Shown here piece after piece: positions 53,708 to 63,840 of a stretch of DNA of 63,840 nt. Location of the stretch: NCBI RefSeq assembly GCF_001194135.2, contig NC_068988.1, positions 96,434,813 through 96,498,652 of the forward strand, in the 5' to 3' direction. Every line of letters starts with the position of its first letter. Positions within the stretch are counted from its first letter, which is position 1. The stretch is from Octopus bimaculoides. Its lineage: Eukaryota. Made by a program: the position numbers and the translations under genes. The notes beneath the pieces are model-generated. The model did not search any database and had not been told where the DNA came from. It worked only from the letters and a program-made list of their open reading frames with translations.

Positions 53708-53918
53708 AATTCTTTCTACAAAAGGTGAAAGGCCTGATATTTCATGGGACAGGTAAATCAATTATATCGACGCAAGTGTTTGTCTGATAATTGCTTTATC
53801 GACATCAAAAGAACGAAAGGCGAATGTGATCTCGGCGGAATATGAGCACTCGGACTGTCAATCCGGAAGAAATATCCCTAAGGATTTTTTCCTGACGCAC
53901 TAACAAATCTACCAGCTC
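53708..53918 (-). mobile_element. Old, diverged SINE family A copy
   Basis: Collinear similarity with 53933-54152. Confidence 0.65.
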
Positions 53919-53932
53919 ACGCCTTTAATGAA

Positions 53933-54152
53933 TAATCTTTTCTACTCTAGGCACAAGGCCCGAAATTTTGGGGGAAGGGGCCAGTCGATCTAATCGACCC
54001 CAGTACGCAACTGGTACTTAATTTATCGACCTCGAAAGGATGAAAGGCAAAGTCGACGTCAGCGGAGTTTGAACTCAGAACGTAAAGACAGACGAAATAC
54101 CGCTAAGCATTTCGCCCCCCATCGTGCTACCGTTTCTGCCAGTTCGCCCCTT
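53933..54152 (-). mobile_element. Young full-length SINE family A with 14-bp TSD
   Basis: TSD ACGCCTTTAATGAA at 53919-53932 and 54153-54166. Confidence 0.92.
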
Positions 54153-54699
54153 ACGCCTTTAATGAACAATATATATACACACACTGCCATAAGTTATATT
54201 TAGTTTCATTTATGTTATTCTATTTGTCTTCGTCTCTTTCTTTATTTTCATGGTGCGAAGAATCAGCAAACAATACTGTCGAGCAGGAGGTCAATTTCTG
54301 ACTGACGACATTTTGTTGCTCGATGAAATAAATATTCGACATAAGCTATTTGACAATTCACCCTTTCACTACTCAAAGTTTCTTGTAGGCAAATATGTGG
54401 AAAATATCCTAATGCAAAAACAGATAAAAATCACCAACGGTGTTGTTGCTAGTCATGTTTTATATTAACAAAACAATCAATATTCTAAAATGAGAGATCC
54501 TTCCTTCACACTCACTTGAAATGAATGAAAAATAAACAAGAAGAAATCATTGGTTAATGTTTATCTTAACATTAATCTGTTCATTTACTCAAGAACTACA
54601 AAATGTGTTTCTAACAAAACGAACGATGCATGCACACACGCGTACATTTGTGTGTGTGTTCATTCCGTATATATATATATATATATATACATACCCATA

Positions 54700-54745
<46 letters not shown>

Positions 54746-54748
54746 GTA

Positions 54749-55034
54749 GTTTCAGGTTTAAATTCCAAATTAAATAAATCAATTTTAGAATAATTAATTT
54801 AATTTAAATTTGATAACTTTGACCTTCTTCAGCACTATCATTCCATATTTACGAAGAAACATGAATAATTTTTTTTTTAAATGGCTGTGGACGAATGAGC
54901 TGATATTTTAAAAATTATTCAAGTTTCTTTGTAAATATGGAACGATAGTGCTGAGGAAGGTCAAAGTTATCAAATTTAAATTAAATTAATTATTCTAAAA
55001 TTGATTTATTTAATTTGAAAGTTAAACCTGAAAC
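54749..55034. mobile_element. Foldback MITE-like element, 125-bp TIRs, TA TSD
   Basis: TA-GTTTCAGGTTTAA...TTAAACCTGAAAC-TA; arms 54749-54873 and 54910-55034 with a few mismatches. Confidence 0.8.
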
Positions 55035-56337
55035 TATAGTACACTATTTACACGCATTAATTTTTAAAAACTTATTCTGTTCGTCTCGCCCGCTGAGAGC
55101 TTTTATTCGTATCAAGGTGAATTATACATGTCTCATTAAAGCATCGATGTTCAACATGCACGGAAATCGTAGCTTCTATCTCCTTCCACACACAAACACA
55201 CACATACATATGTGTATACATATATATGTGCGGATATGTGTGTCTGTGTGTGTATGTGTCTGCATTTTATATGCGTATGTATTGTGTAGAAACACGTTTG
55301 TGTGCGTGTGGTTCAGTGAGGGAAACCTTCAAGTGAGAGATTGCCATTCATAACGACGCTATCCAAGATGCAGGATGTAAACTCTCCCAGTTTAGTTGTA
55401 GATTAGATAGCAGAGGCAATCGTTTTAAGACAGCTATCAGCTCATCACACGTGCTTATAACGTAGTCAACCTCTTGGCTTCAGTTACAGAACCGGCTTTC
55501 ACTGATATGACACGTTCGGTAAAATGATATTCACTAACTAATAAATAAATAGTTACCACCATCACCACCATCACCACCACCACCACTAACAACAACAACA
55601 ACAACAACAGCAGCCACAACAACATAAATTCAATAATGTTTGTTTAATAGACATGATGATAATAATTTCTTCTCACTAGGAATTTATTAATGGAGGTAGA
55701 TACAGTCACTTGATTGAAGCTACTGTTTCCGGCAAGGTCATGTGACCTAGCAGATACAACAGCCATATTTCACCCACTGTCTTGATTAGGAAGGATAGAA
55801 CGGTGTATGTTGTCACTGGAATACAAAAATGAGGGGTGGTCACAACTGGAACGTCTTTAACGACAGATCTGGTCGTTCAAAATATTTCCAATAGGTTTTT
55901 CTTTTTATCTTTTTGTCAGCTGGAAAAGGGCACTGTTCAGGATCCTTTACAAGGGTCTCTGGGAATAGGGGTTGGAAGCAGAGGAAGACAGCAAGTTTTC
56001 CTTAAACCGGAGACCTGACTTGAACGCTTGTGGCAGATATGATTCCACTGAAGGCTCCCCCCCCACCCCATAAGGCTTGAGGTGGTGGTGTTAAGTTGGG
56101 TCACGGATCAACCCTACTTACCAAGTAAGCCAACACACAACGCACAAAGAGCTGGAACAACCACCGTATGGTATTTCCTCCGATGCTCTGACTTTTCCGC
56201 TAATCCTGCTACCCCATTTATCGACTATGGAAAGAAGAAAGGCTAAGTTTACCCGAGCAAGAGTTGAACTCAAAACGTAAGAACCAGGAATAAATACTGC
56301 AAAATATTTAAGCCAATTATCTGACGAATCTGTCAGG

Positions 56338-56599
56338 TAAAGGTAAAAGGTACAGGTAACGTTCAGACAACTCATAGGACTGATTGGCCTTTGCCAAGGC
56401 ACATAAACGACTGAGATCACAGTATTCCTCCTGGACAGGACGCCAGTCCAACGCAGGTTGTCTCATAGCCGAGTGGACTGGTGCAACGTGAAATAAAGTG
56501 TTTGGCTCAAGAACAGAACGCAATGGCCGGTGCAGGAATTGAGCCCACGATCTTGCGATCGTAGGTGCAACGTTCTATCTCCCTGCGCCACGAGCCTTG
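56338..56599 (-). mobile_element. tRNA-derived SINE with V-domain-like centre
   Basis: Minus strand head TGGCGCAGGG...GGCTCAATTCC, centre AACCTGCGTTGGACTGGCGTCCTGTCCAGG. Confidence 0.7.
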
Positions 56600-57459
56600 A
56601 GGTCTGTTGTTTTGCCACCTTAAAGAGACATGCACCTTAACTGAATTGCGTGGGGTTGTATCTGAGGAGAAATTAGTCTGTATTTAATTTGAATCTCAAG
56701 AAACTGGAGAGAAATTTATACAGCAACCTTACGGCGAGGAAGNNNNNNNNNNNNNNNNNNNNNNNNNNNNNNNNNNNNNNNNNNNNNNNNNNNNNNNNNN
56801 NNNNNNNNNNNNNNNNNNNNNNNNNNNNNNNNNNNNNNNNNNNNNNNNNNNNNNNNNNNNNNNNNNNNNNNNNNNNNNNNNNNNNNNNNNNNNNNNNNNN
56901 NNNNNNNNNNNNNNNNNNNNNNNNNNNNNNNNNNNNNNNNNNNNNNNNNNNNNNNNNNNNNNNNNNNNNNNNNNNNNNNNNNNNNNNNNNNNNNNNNNNN
57001 NNNNNNNNNNNNNNNNNNNNNNNNNNNNNNNNNNNNNNNNNNNNNNNNNNNNNNNNNNNNNNNNNNNNNNNNNNNNNNNNNNNNNNNNNNNNNNNNNNNN
57101 NNNNNNNNNNNNNNNNNNNNNNNNNNNNNNNNNNNNNNNNNNNNNACACACACACACACACACACATGCAGACAGTACATAAATGCATACACACACACAA
57201 GCACACACACACAAGCACACACACACACAAGCACACACACACACACGAATATATCTCTATGTATATCTGTATATGTGTACAGATAGGCATGTGTGTATGT
57301 TTGTATCTATCTATCTATCTATGCACACAAAATATTTGTATCTGTGTATGTGTATCTACGCACTCACGCACGTGGATGTGTGTATATATATGTATAAAAT
57401 CGAAAGAGGAGAAAGAGATGAAGAGAGAGCGAGTGTATGTGTGAGATAAATAGATACAT

Positions 57460-57465
57460 AGAGAA

Positions 57466-57496
<31 letters not shown>

Positions 57497-57500
57497 GATA

Positions 57501-57594
<94 letters not shown>

Positions 57595-57603
57595 GAGAGA
57601 GAG
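57460..57603 (+). repeat. (GA)n microsatellite
   Basis: Direct reading. Confidence 0.95.
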
Positions 57604-57747
57604 AATGCGAGCACGCGTGGAAGAGTGATAGAGAGAAATACCAATATCAAACGGCTTTGTGAGTTATCAGAAGCATGAAATTAAAATTTTCCCATTACAC
57701 CTAATTAATAGAATATAACCTAACACAAAGCGTGTTCTGTACATTCT

Positions 57748-57793
<46 letters not shown>

Positions 57794-57877
57794 CACACAC
57801 ATCCTCACTATCATTCTTTTTTTGCGTCTATNNNNNNNNNNATACACACACATCCTCACTATCATTCTTTTTTTGCG

Positions 57878-57912
<35 letters not shown>

Positions 57913-58388
57913 CTCTATCTATCTATCTTCCTTTCTTTCTTTCTATCTATCTAGATTGATAGATTGATAGATAGGAATGTATATACATAAGCCTTACGCA
58001 GAATTGTATGTATGAGTGTCTTATGGGTATTTATGTGTGGGTGTATAGGGTGTGTTTAATTCGTCGAAGCCAAGTCTTTTTCGCTGTGAGTGTTCTACAA
58101 CTGATTAGAAATATATTAAAGCAGCGAAGAAAATGTTTATGATTACGAAGCAGATCGTCAAGGGAGAATCCATGAGGTACGAATACAATGAAGAGGTGCA
58201 TATATTCGTATATATTAACGTATATATTAACGTATATATTTAGATACCGACTAAATTTATAGTCCTGGTAACTTTTACATTGTATTTAATGGTAGCTTTT
58301 GAAAACATGTTTATAGGCGTGAACACAAGAAACCCTCCCTACTTGTGTTAAGGAGTTTACGTTTGGAATTTAAGATTTGGTATAATGC

Positions 58389-58450
58389 AAAAGGCGGTGC
58401 TCCAGCATGGCCGCAGTCACATGACTGAAACAAGTAAAAGAATAAAAGAA
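58389..58450 (+). mobile_element. SINE family B 3' end
   Basis: AAGGCGGTGCTCCAGCATGGCCGCAGTCACATGACTGAAACAAGTAAAAG. Confidence 0.85.
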
Positions 58451-58470
58451 TATATGTATATATATATATA

Positions 58471-58562
<92 letters not shown>

Positions 58563-58961
58563 AGCATCATACAAGCGTATATGAAATATACGAATCCATG
58601 TGTAAATCTATTCGCTTGTGCGCATGTAATCTTTGCTTGTTGGAACATACTTCTCTGCATTTATATAAAATGTATAAGGAAGTAGTCATGCGCGTGTTGT
58701 CTATTTGTTAGCATGTGTTCAGATATGTGGTTATATATAAACATCCAGTTGTATGAGTGCAGGCGTACTGTGGGGTTTTTTTTATGTATGTACTTTTTAA
58801 TGTACGTTTGTGTGAGCGGGTGTCCTATTGTGTAAATGTGTGCTAGTGTGTACAAACAAACATGTGGTTGTGTGTAATGAGATAAGCCTTTCGAAATATA
58901 CATTTCAGTCAGTTTCGCTTGAAATCTGATCGATGTACATTTATGTAATCTACTTTGAGAT

Positions 58962-61109
58962 TAGGGAGTGTTGGTAGATGAGTCTCCTGGGTACAGGACA
59001 ATCATCTACCAAGATGCCAGTCCATATTCTGTCACCGAAATGGTTGAATCCACCTAGCCCTCACAAAGTGACTCACTCTGTTACAATTTCATCGTTGTCA
59101 GCACATAATGGCGGGGTTATTTTTAATATCATTTTTTTAACATGCAGTACGAACTTTAACTTCACTTTTGAGAGAACTTCGGATTAAAATGGATCGCCAT
59201 CAACGCTTCCACCCTACCAATGAGATTGTTCTAACTGCTCATTCTGCTGCTATATTTGATTTTATTACTTCCTGTGATAAAGAGCAAAAATTCTGGTGGC
59301 TGTTAATGAGTTGTGTTTGGTTTCTAGTTTAAGTGCCTTGAAGCATAGGGTTTCAATTCAACATAAAAGATTAAATTTTGATCTACCTGCCTAAAATTTG
59401 CACATTTATTGACTTTTTCAGATGCCTCGGAAATATGTCCGGATGACCAATAGTGGGGCTGAGATTGTAGGGCGAGAGATCGCGTCAGGGAAGGATGCAG
59501 TATCCGTGCTGCTGCTAAATATTTCAATATAGCAAGAATGACACTTTAAAAGATACATAGACAAATGCAATCAACAAAATGACGAGCAAAACGAAGTGTT
59601 TGGGTACAAAAATTGCAGGATAAAAAATATGACATTTTCATCGGAGATGGAAACTGAGTTATCGACTCACATAAAGACATTGGCCGAGCAGTTCCATGGA
59701 CTCACACAAAATAAATGCTGTGAGTTGATAGTGGAATGTGCATTAAGAAACAATGTTACGGTCCCTGATTCTTGGCAATAAAACGGAATAACTGGCGAGC
59801 ATTTTTGGAAATCCTTTAAAGAAAGAAACCATCTATCAATTCAAACACTAGAAGCTGCATCTCTTGCTAGAGCAAGTGCGTTCAATCGCTATAACATTGG
59901 CAAGTTTTACGGCAACTTAAAGAATGTTATGGATCTGCACAAGTTTGAATGCCACGACATTTATAATGAAATGAAACCGGGTGCACAACTGTGAATCAAC
60001 CTGAAAATGTTGTTTTGCTGCAGAGGGAGTGAAACAAGTAGGATGTATAACTTCCGGCGAGAGAGGACACTTTGTAACAGTTGTGTATGCAGTTCATGCA
60101 GCAGGAAATGTTGTTCCATCACTGCTGATCTTCCCACGAAAAAACAATAGGGATTATTAAATCGAAGTGGTCCTGCAGGATGTATCGGAGGAGTCAATTC
60201 CAGTGGATGTATTAATGAAGATCTGTTTATGGCTTATATAAAAACACTTTATAGCCTACACCGGGTGCAGGAAAGAAGAAAATGTTGTCAATTTGGACAG
60301 TCACGAAACTCATGTGTTTCTTGCAGCAATTCACTTGGCCAAGAAAAATGGGATGATATTATTGACAATACCACCTCATACAAGCCATAGGCTTCAAACG
60401 TTGGATGTGAGCTGATATAAGACATTCGGCATATATTCGAGCAGTTGATAACTGAATGCGTTCCCATCCCGGAAAGTCGATTACAAAATATGATAATCCT
60501 GACTTCGTTTCACTTGCTGAGATACATGGTCTTACTGCTCAAAACATTATCTTTGGGGTTCAACAAACGGGAATTTATCCCTTTAACCAAGATGTGTTCT
60601 GTGAGACAGAGTTTGCGCCTGCAGTAGTAACAGATCGAGATATTCCAGCAGTTTCTTATGAAAACCAAGCAGATGTTCTCCAATCAAGTTTTAAAGAAAC
60701 ATCAGTTTCTTATTCAATGACAGAATCACCCAACATTTCCCAGGAACCATCAACGTCCACCGGAACTGCTACTCAGAATGTTGAACGGAATGGAGTTCAC
60801 AACACTTCAAAATAAAGCACAAACCATTTATACGTAGTTATATAAGTATTTCATCTTAGCGTACAATCAATTAAAATATCACTTATCCTAAGTCCCCCTA
60901 TGTCCCAACTCTCACCACCCCCTGAGAGGGTTGGATCAAATCGTGCTCTCGTTGTCTCAGTTTACACCCATTTGAAAATATATCCCTGGCGTATATACGT
61001 TACAAGTCTACGAATGTTACAAGTTGGTAAAGAATTCTTTCTTATGTACGGAGAGTCCATATCATATTGAAATGTAAAAAAATTACCCAACTCTCCCAAG
61101 CTTCCCCTA
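58962..61109 (+). mobile_element. Decayed pogo/Fot-like (IS630-Tc1-mariner) DNA transposon; ends tentative
   Basis: Contains the transposase pseudogene; a GGGAG.GTTGG motif at 58964 and its reverse complement at about 60903-60914 and 61086-61096 before ...CCCC-TA suggest eroded TIRs. Confidence 0.55.
59422..60815 (+). pseudogene. pogo/Fot-like DD35D transposase pseudogene (HTH_psq, CENP-B HTH, DDE_1)
   Basis: MPRKYVR..., SIRAAAKYFNIARMTL, FHGLT, SLARASAFN, NETG, SGERG..VTVV.AV.AAG.VVP.LLIFP, LDSHETH (D at 60296) and PPHTSHRLQTLDV (D at 60404), 35 residues apart; several stops and frameshifts. Confidence 0.9.
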
Positions 61110-62116
61110 TATATCAATCGGTTCTACTTTCGCTTATAACACTTAGTCCTTGATGCGGTTCCTGTCAGGATTGATCACATAATCCTTATGATCAAAAGTG
61201 TTTCCACCGTGAAACATGCCATCTTTTTCGAAGGCACATTATATTTATGGTTACATTATCGAATGAGTGAAGATATTTGGTTGCTAATCCAAGTAAACAA
61301 ATGCGTAGAAGCTCTCTTATTAGCATTATTCACAGAATTTATGTGTAGGAGGCATTTTGATGTAATATTTTGTGCTGCCTGAGTTGATGCGAAATTGGAT
61401 GGCATTACGGTAAAATTGTATTCTAACAAGTTCTCTAGGAATTCATAGGAAGTTCACAGTTACGTGTTTCGTTTTAATGATTTGCATTGCTGCGAATTTT
61501 ATTGTTGGAGTTTTATTGTTACAACTCGCAGCCAAGCGGATGAACACTGTAGAATGGCAGTTGGCATCTTTATGAAAGATACTTTGTTGATGAAATGTTT
61601 TCTTTCAAATTTAGAACCTTTTATAATTGATATGATGTTGTGTAGCTGTTTTATTGCCTAATAAAAGTGCAGTATTTCACAGAAAGGTCGTTATGTAGCG
61701 AGATATATTCAGCAGTATAATTCAGCATGTGTTTATATACCTGAATATTTTTGAGTGTTGTTAAAAAATTTTAATCATTCAAGTCTATAAACTCAGTTTT
61801 CATTGCATGCGAACTTAATAGGGCATTATGTTCAGTGCATCCTTTATTATATGCGTATTCCTAGACATAAGCATGTTTTTCCGAAGCTGTATCCTTATAT
61901 GGAAGTTAAGAACATTTGGAGTCTTTGTTAAAATACGCGGTTCTATCTTCAAACTGTGCATCTTGTCATCTATCTATCTTGTCATCGTTGCCACAAAATG
62001 TATTGACATAGAATTAAGGAAACCTTCCGATGTCAGAAAAGGAAACTGATGAATAGATTATGAGCAAAGAAGTTTCGGTGTGATCACGTGTCTTTCCGTC
62101 TCTCTGTAAACGATTG

Positions 62117-62285
62117 GCCGATGTATGCGTGTGCCGATGTATGCGTGTGCCGATGTATGCGTGTGCCGATGTATGCGTGTGCCGATGTATGCNNNNNNNN
62201 NNGTGCCGATGTATGCGTGTGCCGATGTATGCGTGTGCCGATGTATGCGTGTGCCGATGTATGCGTGTGCCGATGTATGTGTGTG
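62117..62285 (+). repeat. 16-bp minisatellite (GCCGATGTATGCGTGT)n spanning a 10-N gap
   Basis: Direct reading. Confidence 0.95.
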
Positions 62286-63113
62286 ATAATTGCTAGAATC
62301 GGTCCTGCTTGGTTTGAACGCGCAGTCCTTTCGCTGTCATATCTCTATTGAAATGAACTGTTTTTGTTTCAATCAATTTTTAAAATAATGAAAAATTTGT
62401 AAAACAATTGCTGGGAACGTAAATTAACATGAAGTTTAGATTGAAAGTTTTAAATTAGATCCATTTAAAGCAGGAAGTTTGAATCATAGAATCAGAGCCG
62501 GTCTCTGGTGGGTTCATAAGGTCCTTCAGCTCAATAATCCACTCCCAGGAAACATGTGGTCATGATATATTCGTTTTTGATTTAGCTAGAAATTCACCGG
62601 GGATTTGTAAAAAGAGCTAAGTCAATCTCGGCACATGGCTGCTTCTTAAGTTATCGATTTTGGAAACATATGGAGTAAAATGAGCAACAGATGGATTTGA
62701 ACTTAGAAACTTGAGGTGTGAAACTAAGCACCGTAGCGATTTAGTCCGGCACTTTATCATTTTCGCTAATTCGCTACTCTTTAAAACATAGTTATAATAT
62801 ATTACGAGCAGCAGAGAAACGAACTGAGCCATTGCATGGAGACAGCTGGAGCAGCCATCAAATGGAGATGAGTCTATCAACAAACACGGACAGACAATCG
62901 CACACACACACAAACACACACAAAACAATCACACAAACACACTCACACATGTATGCACGCTCACACCATCAAACGTCGACATTAAGGACATAACCTTATA
63001 ATAATATAATTGACACAATTTTGGTGTTGATTTTCTTTACCATCCTTTACTTCCTCTTTTCATTGAAGAGTGGAGCCCTCTATGTAATTCCTGTATGTCC
63101 CCTCCTCACAATA

Positions 63114-63163
<50 letters not shown>

Positions 63164-63504
63164 CTACCCTTTTCTATTATGCCATCTGTTATTTTAATTA
63201 TCAAACTATGGTCAATTTTCATAACATTTTTTCTTGTGATTTTTAGTTTGTTTATCTAGGAAATGATATTTCGTATTTATTAGCTGTCCCTTACAAAATA
63301 ATAGCTTTCGGTCCCCGAGGATTCTTTTCTCATTTTAATTTTGATACGAATGTATTCATCTACAAGCGAACAGGCGGACAGGCGGGCAGGCAGGCGGACA
63401 GGCGAGTACAGAAATACATACGGATACAAAACGATTAACGGTTATATATATATATACCTTATATATATACAAAATTATGAATACATTTATAGTCATGACT
63501 ACGC

Positions 63505-63633
63505 GATTCAGAAGCTTGCTTTGCAACCACGGGATTTGGAGTTCAGTCTCACTGTGCAGCACTTTGGCCAAGCTTCTCTAAGTCAAACCCTGGACCGACC
63601 AATGTCTTGTAAATAAATGAATTTGGTAAACGG
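63505..63633 (+). mobile_element. SINE family B, diverged 5' half
   Basis: AGAAGCTTGCTTTGCAACCAC...GAGTTCAGTCTCACTG. Confidence 0.6.
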
Positions 63634-63720
63634 AATCCCGTTGTATACATACATACATACGTACATACATACATACATACATACATACATACATACATCT
63701 CCCTGTTTCTTTCTGTATTC

Positions 63721-63811
63721 CTTTCTGTGGAAGAGCGTAGGCTTGAAAGTTTAAAGACTTTTTCACTTCCCGAGCGTTAAACTAATACATATGTTTGTTG
63801 TCTACACCACC
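63721..63811 (+). mobile_element. Repeat carrying a degenerate hammerhead motif (63721-63756)
   Basis: CTTT-CTGTGGA-A-GAGC-gtag-GCTT-GAAA-G-TTT-AAAG; same layout as 9039-9073, and downstream CTTCCCGAGCGT resembles CTTCCCTGAGCGT there. Confidence 0.55.
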
Positions 63812-63840
63812 TTTTTTGTGAATTCTACCCTTATATATAT

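Noticed and set aside
54302-54335. CTGACGA...GAAA
   Set aside because: Helix II and III pairings are not credible.
61120-61450. Protein-like minus-strand text (CAFEKDGMFHGGNTFDHKDYVINPDRNRIKD)
   Set aside because: Many stops nearby, no splice signals, no family recognised.
62117-62285. Regular repeats as a possible CRISPR array
   Set aside because: Head-to-tail units with no spacers; eukaryotic context.

Overview
AT-rich, repeat-saturated, gappy metazoan genomic DNA. The microsatellite load and the tRNA-derived SINE families look like an octopus or related coleoid assembly (inference). No intact host protein-coding gene, rRNA or CRISPR can be supported; nearly all ORF-track entries are translated microsatellites or N-gaps. 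Supportable content: (i) at least three tRNA-derived SINE families, two copies with 14-bp target-site duplications; (ii) decayed DNA transposons (two mariner remnants, one pogo/Fot-like DD35D transposase, one TA-flanked MITE) and a LINE RT C-terminus; (iii) several long inverted repeats; (iv) most notably, a scatter of minimal type I hammerhead-ribozyme motifs (helix I, CUGAnGA, helix II, GAAA, palindromic helix III, NUH) in at least four unrelated sequence contexts (9039-9073, 11252-11312, 28831-28875, 40738-40783 and its inverted partner, weaker at 42507 and 63721). One of these families is joined to a tRNA-like Pol III head (17399-17632), suggesting a ribozyme-carrying SINE-like element with a Penelope-type 3' end. 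A decayed unidentified reading frame whose 3' half is interrupted only by TGA lies at 40860-41442. All structures were read by eye; none were computed or searched.
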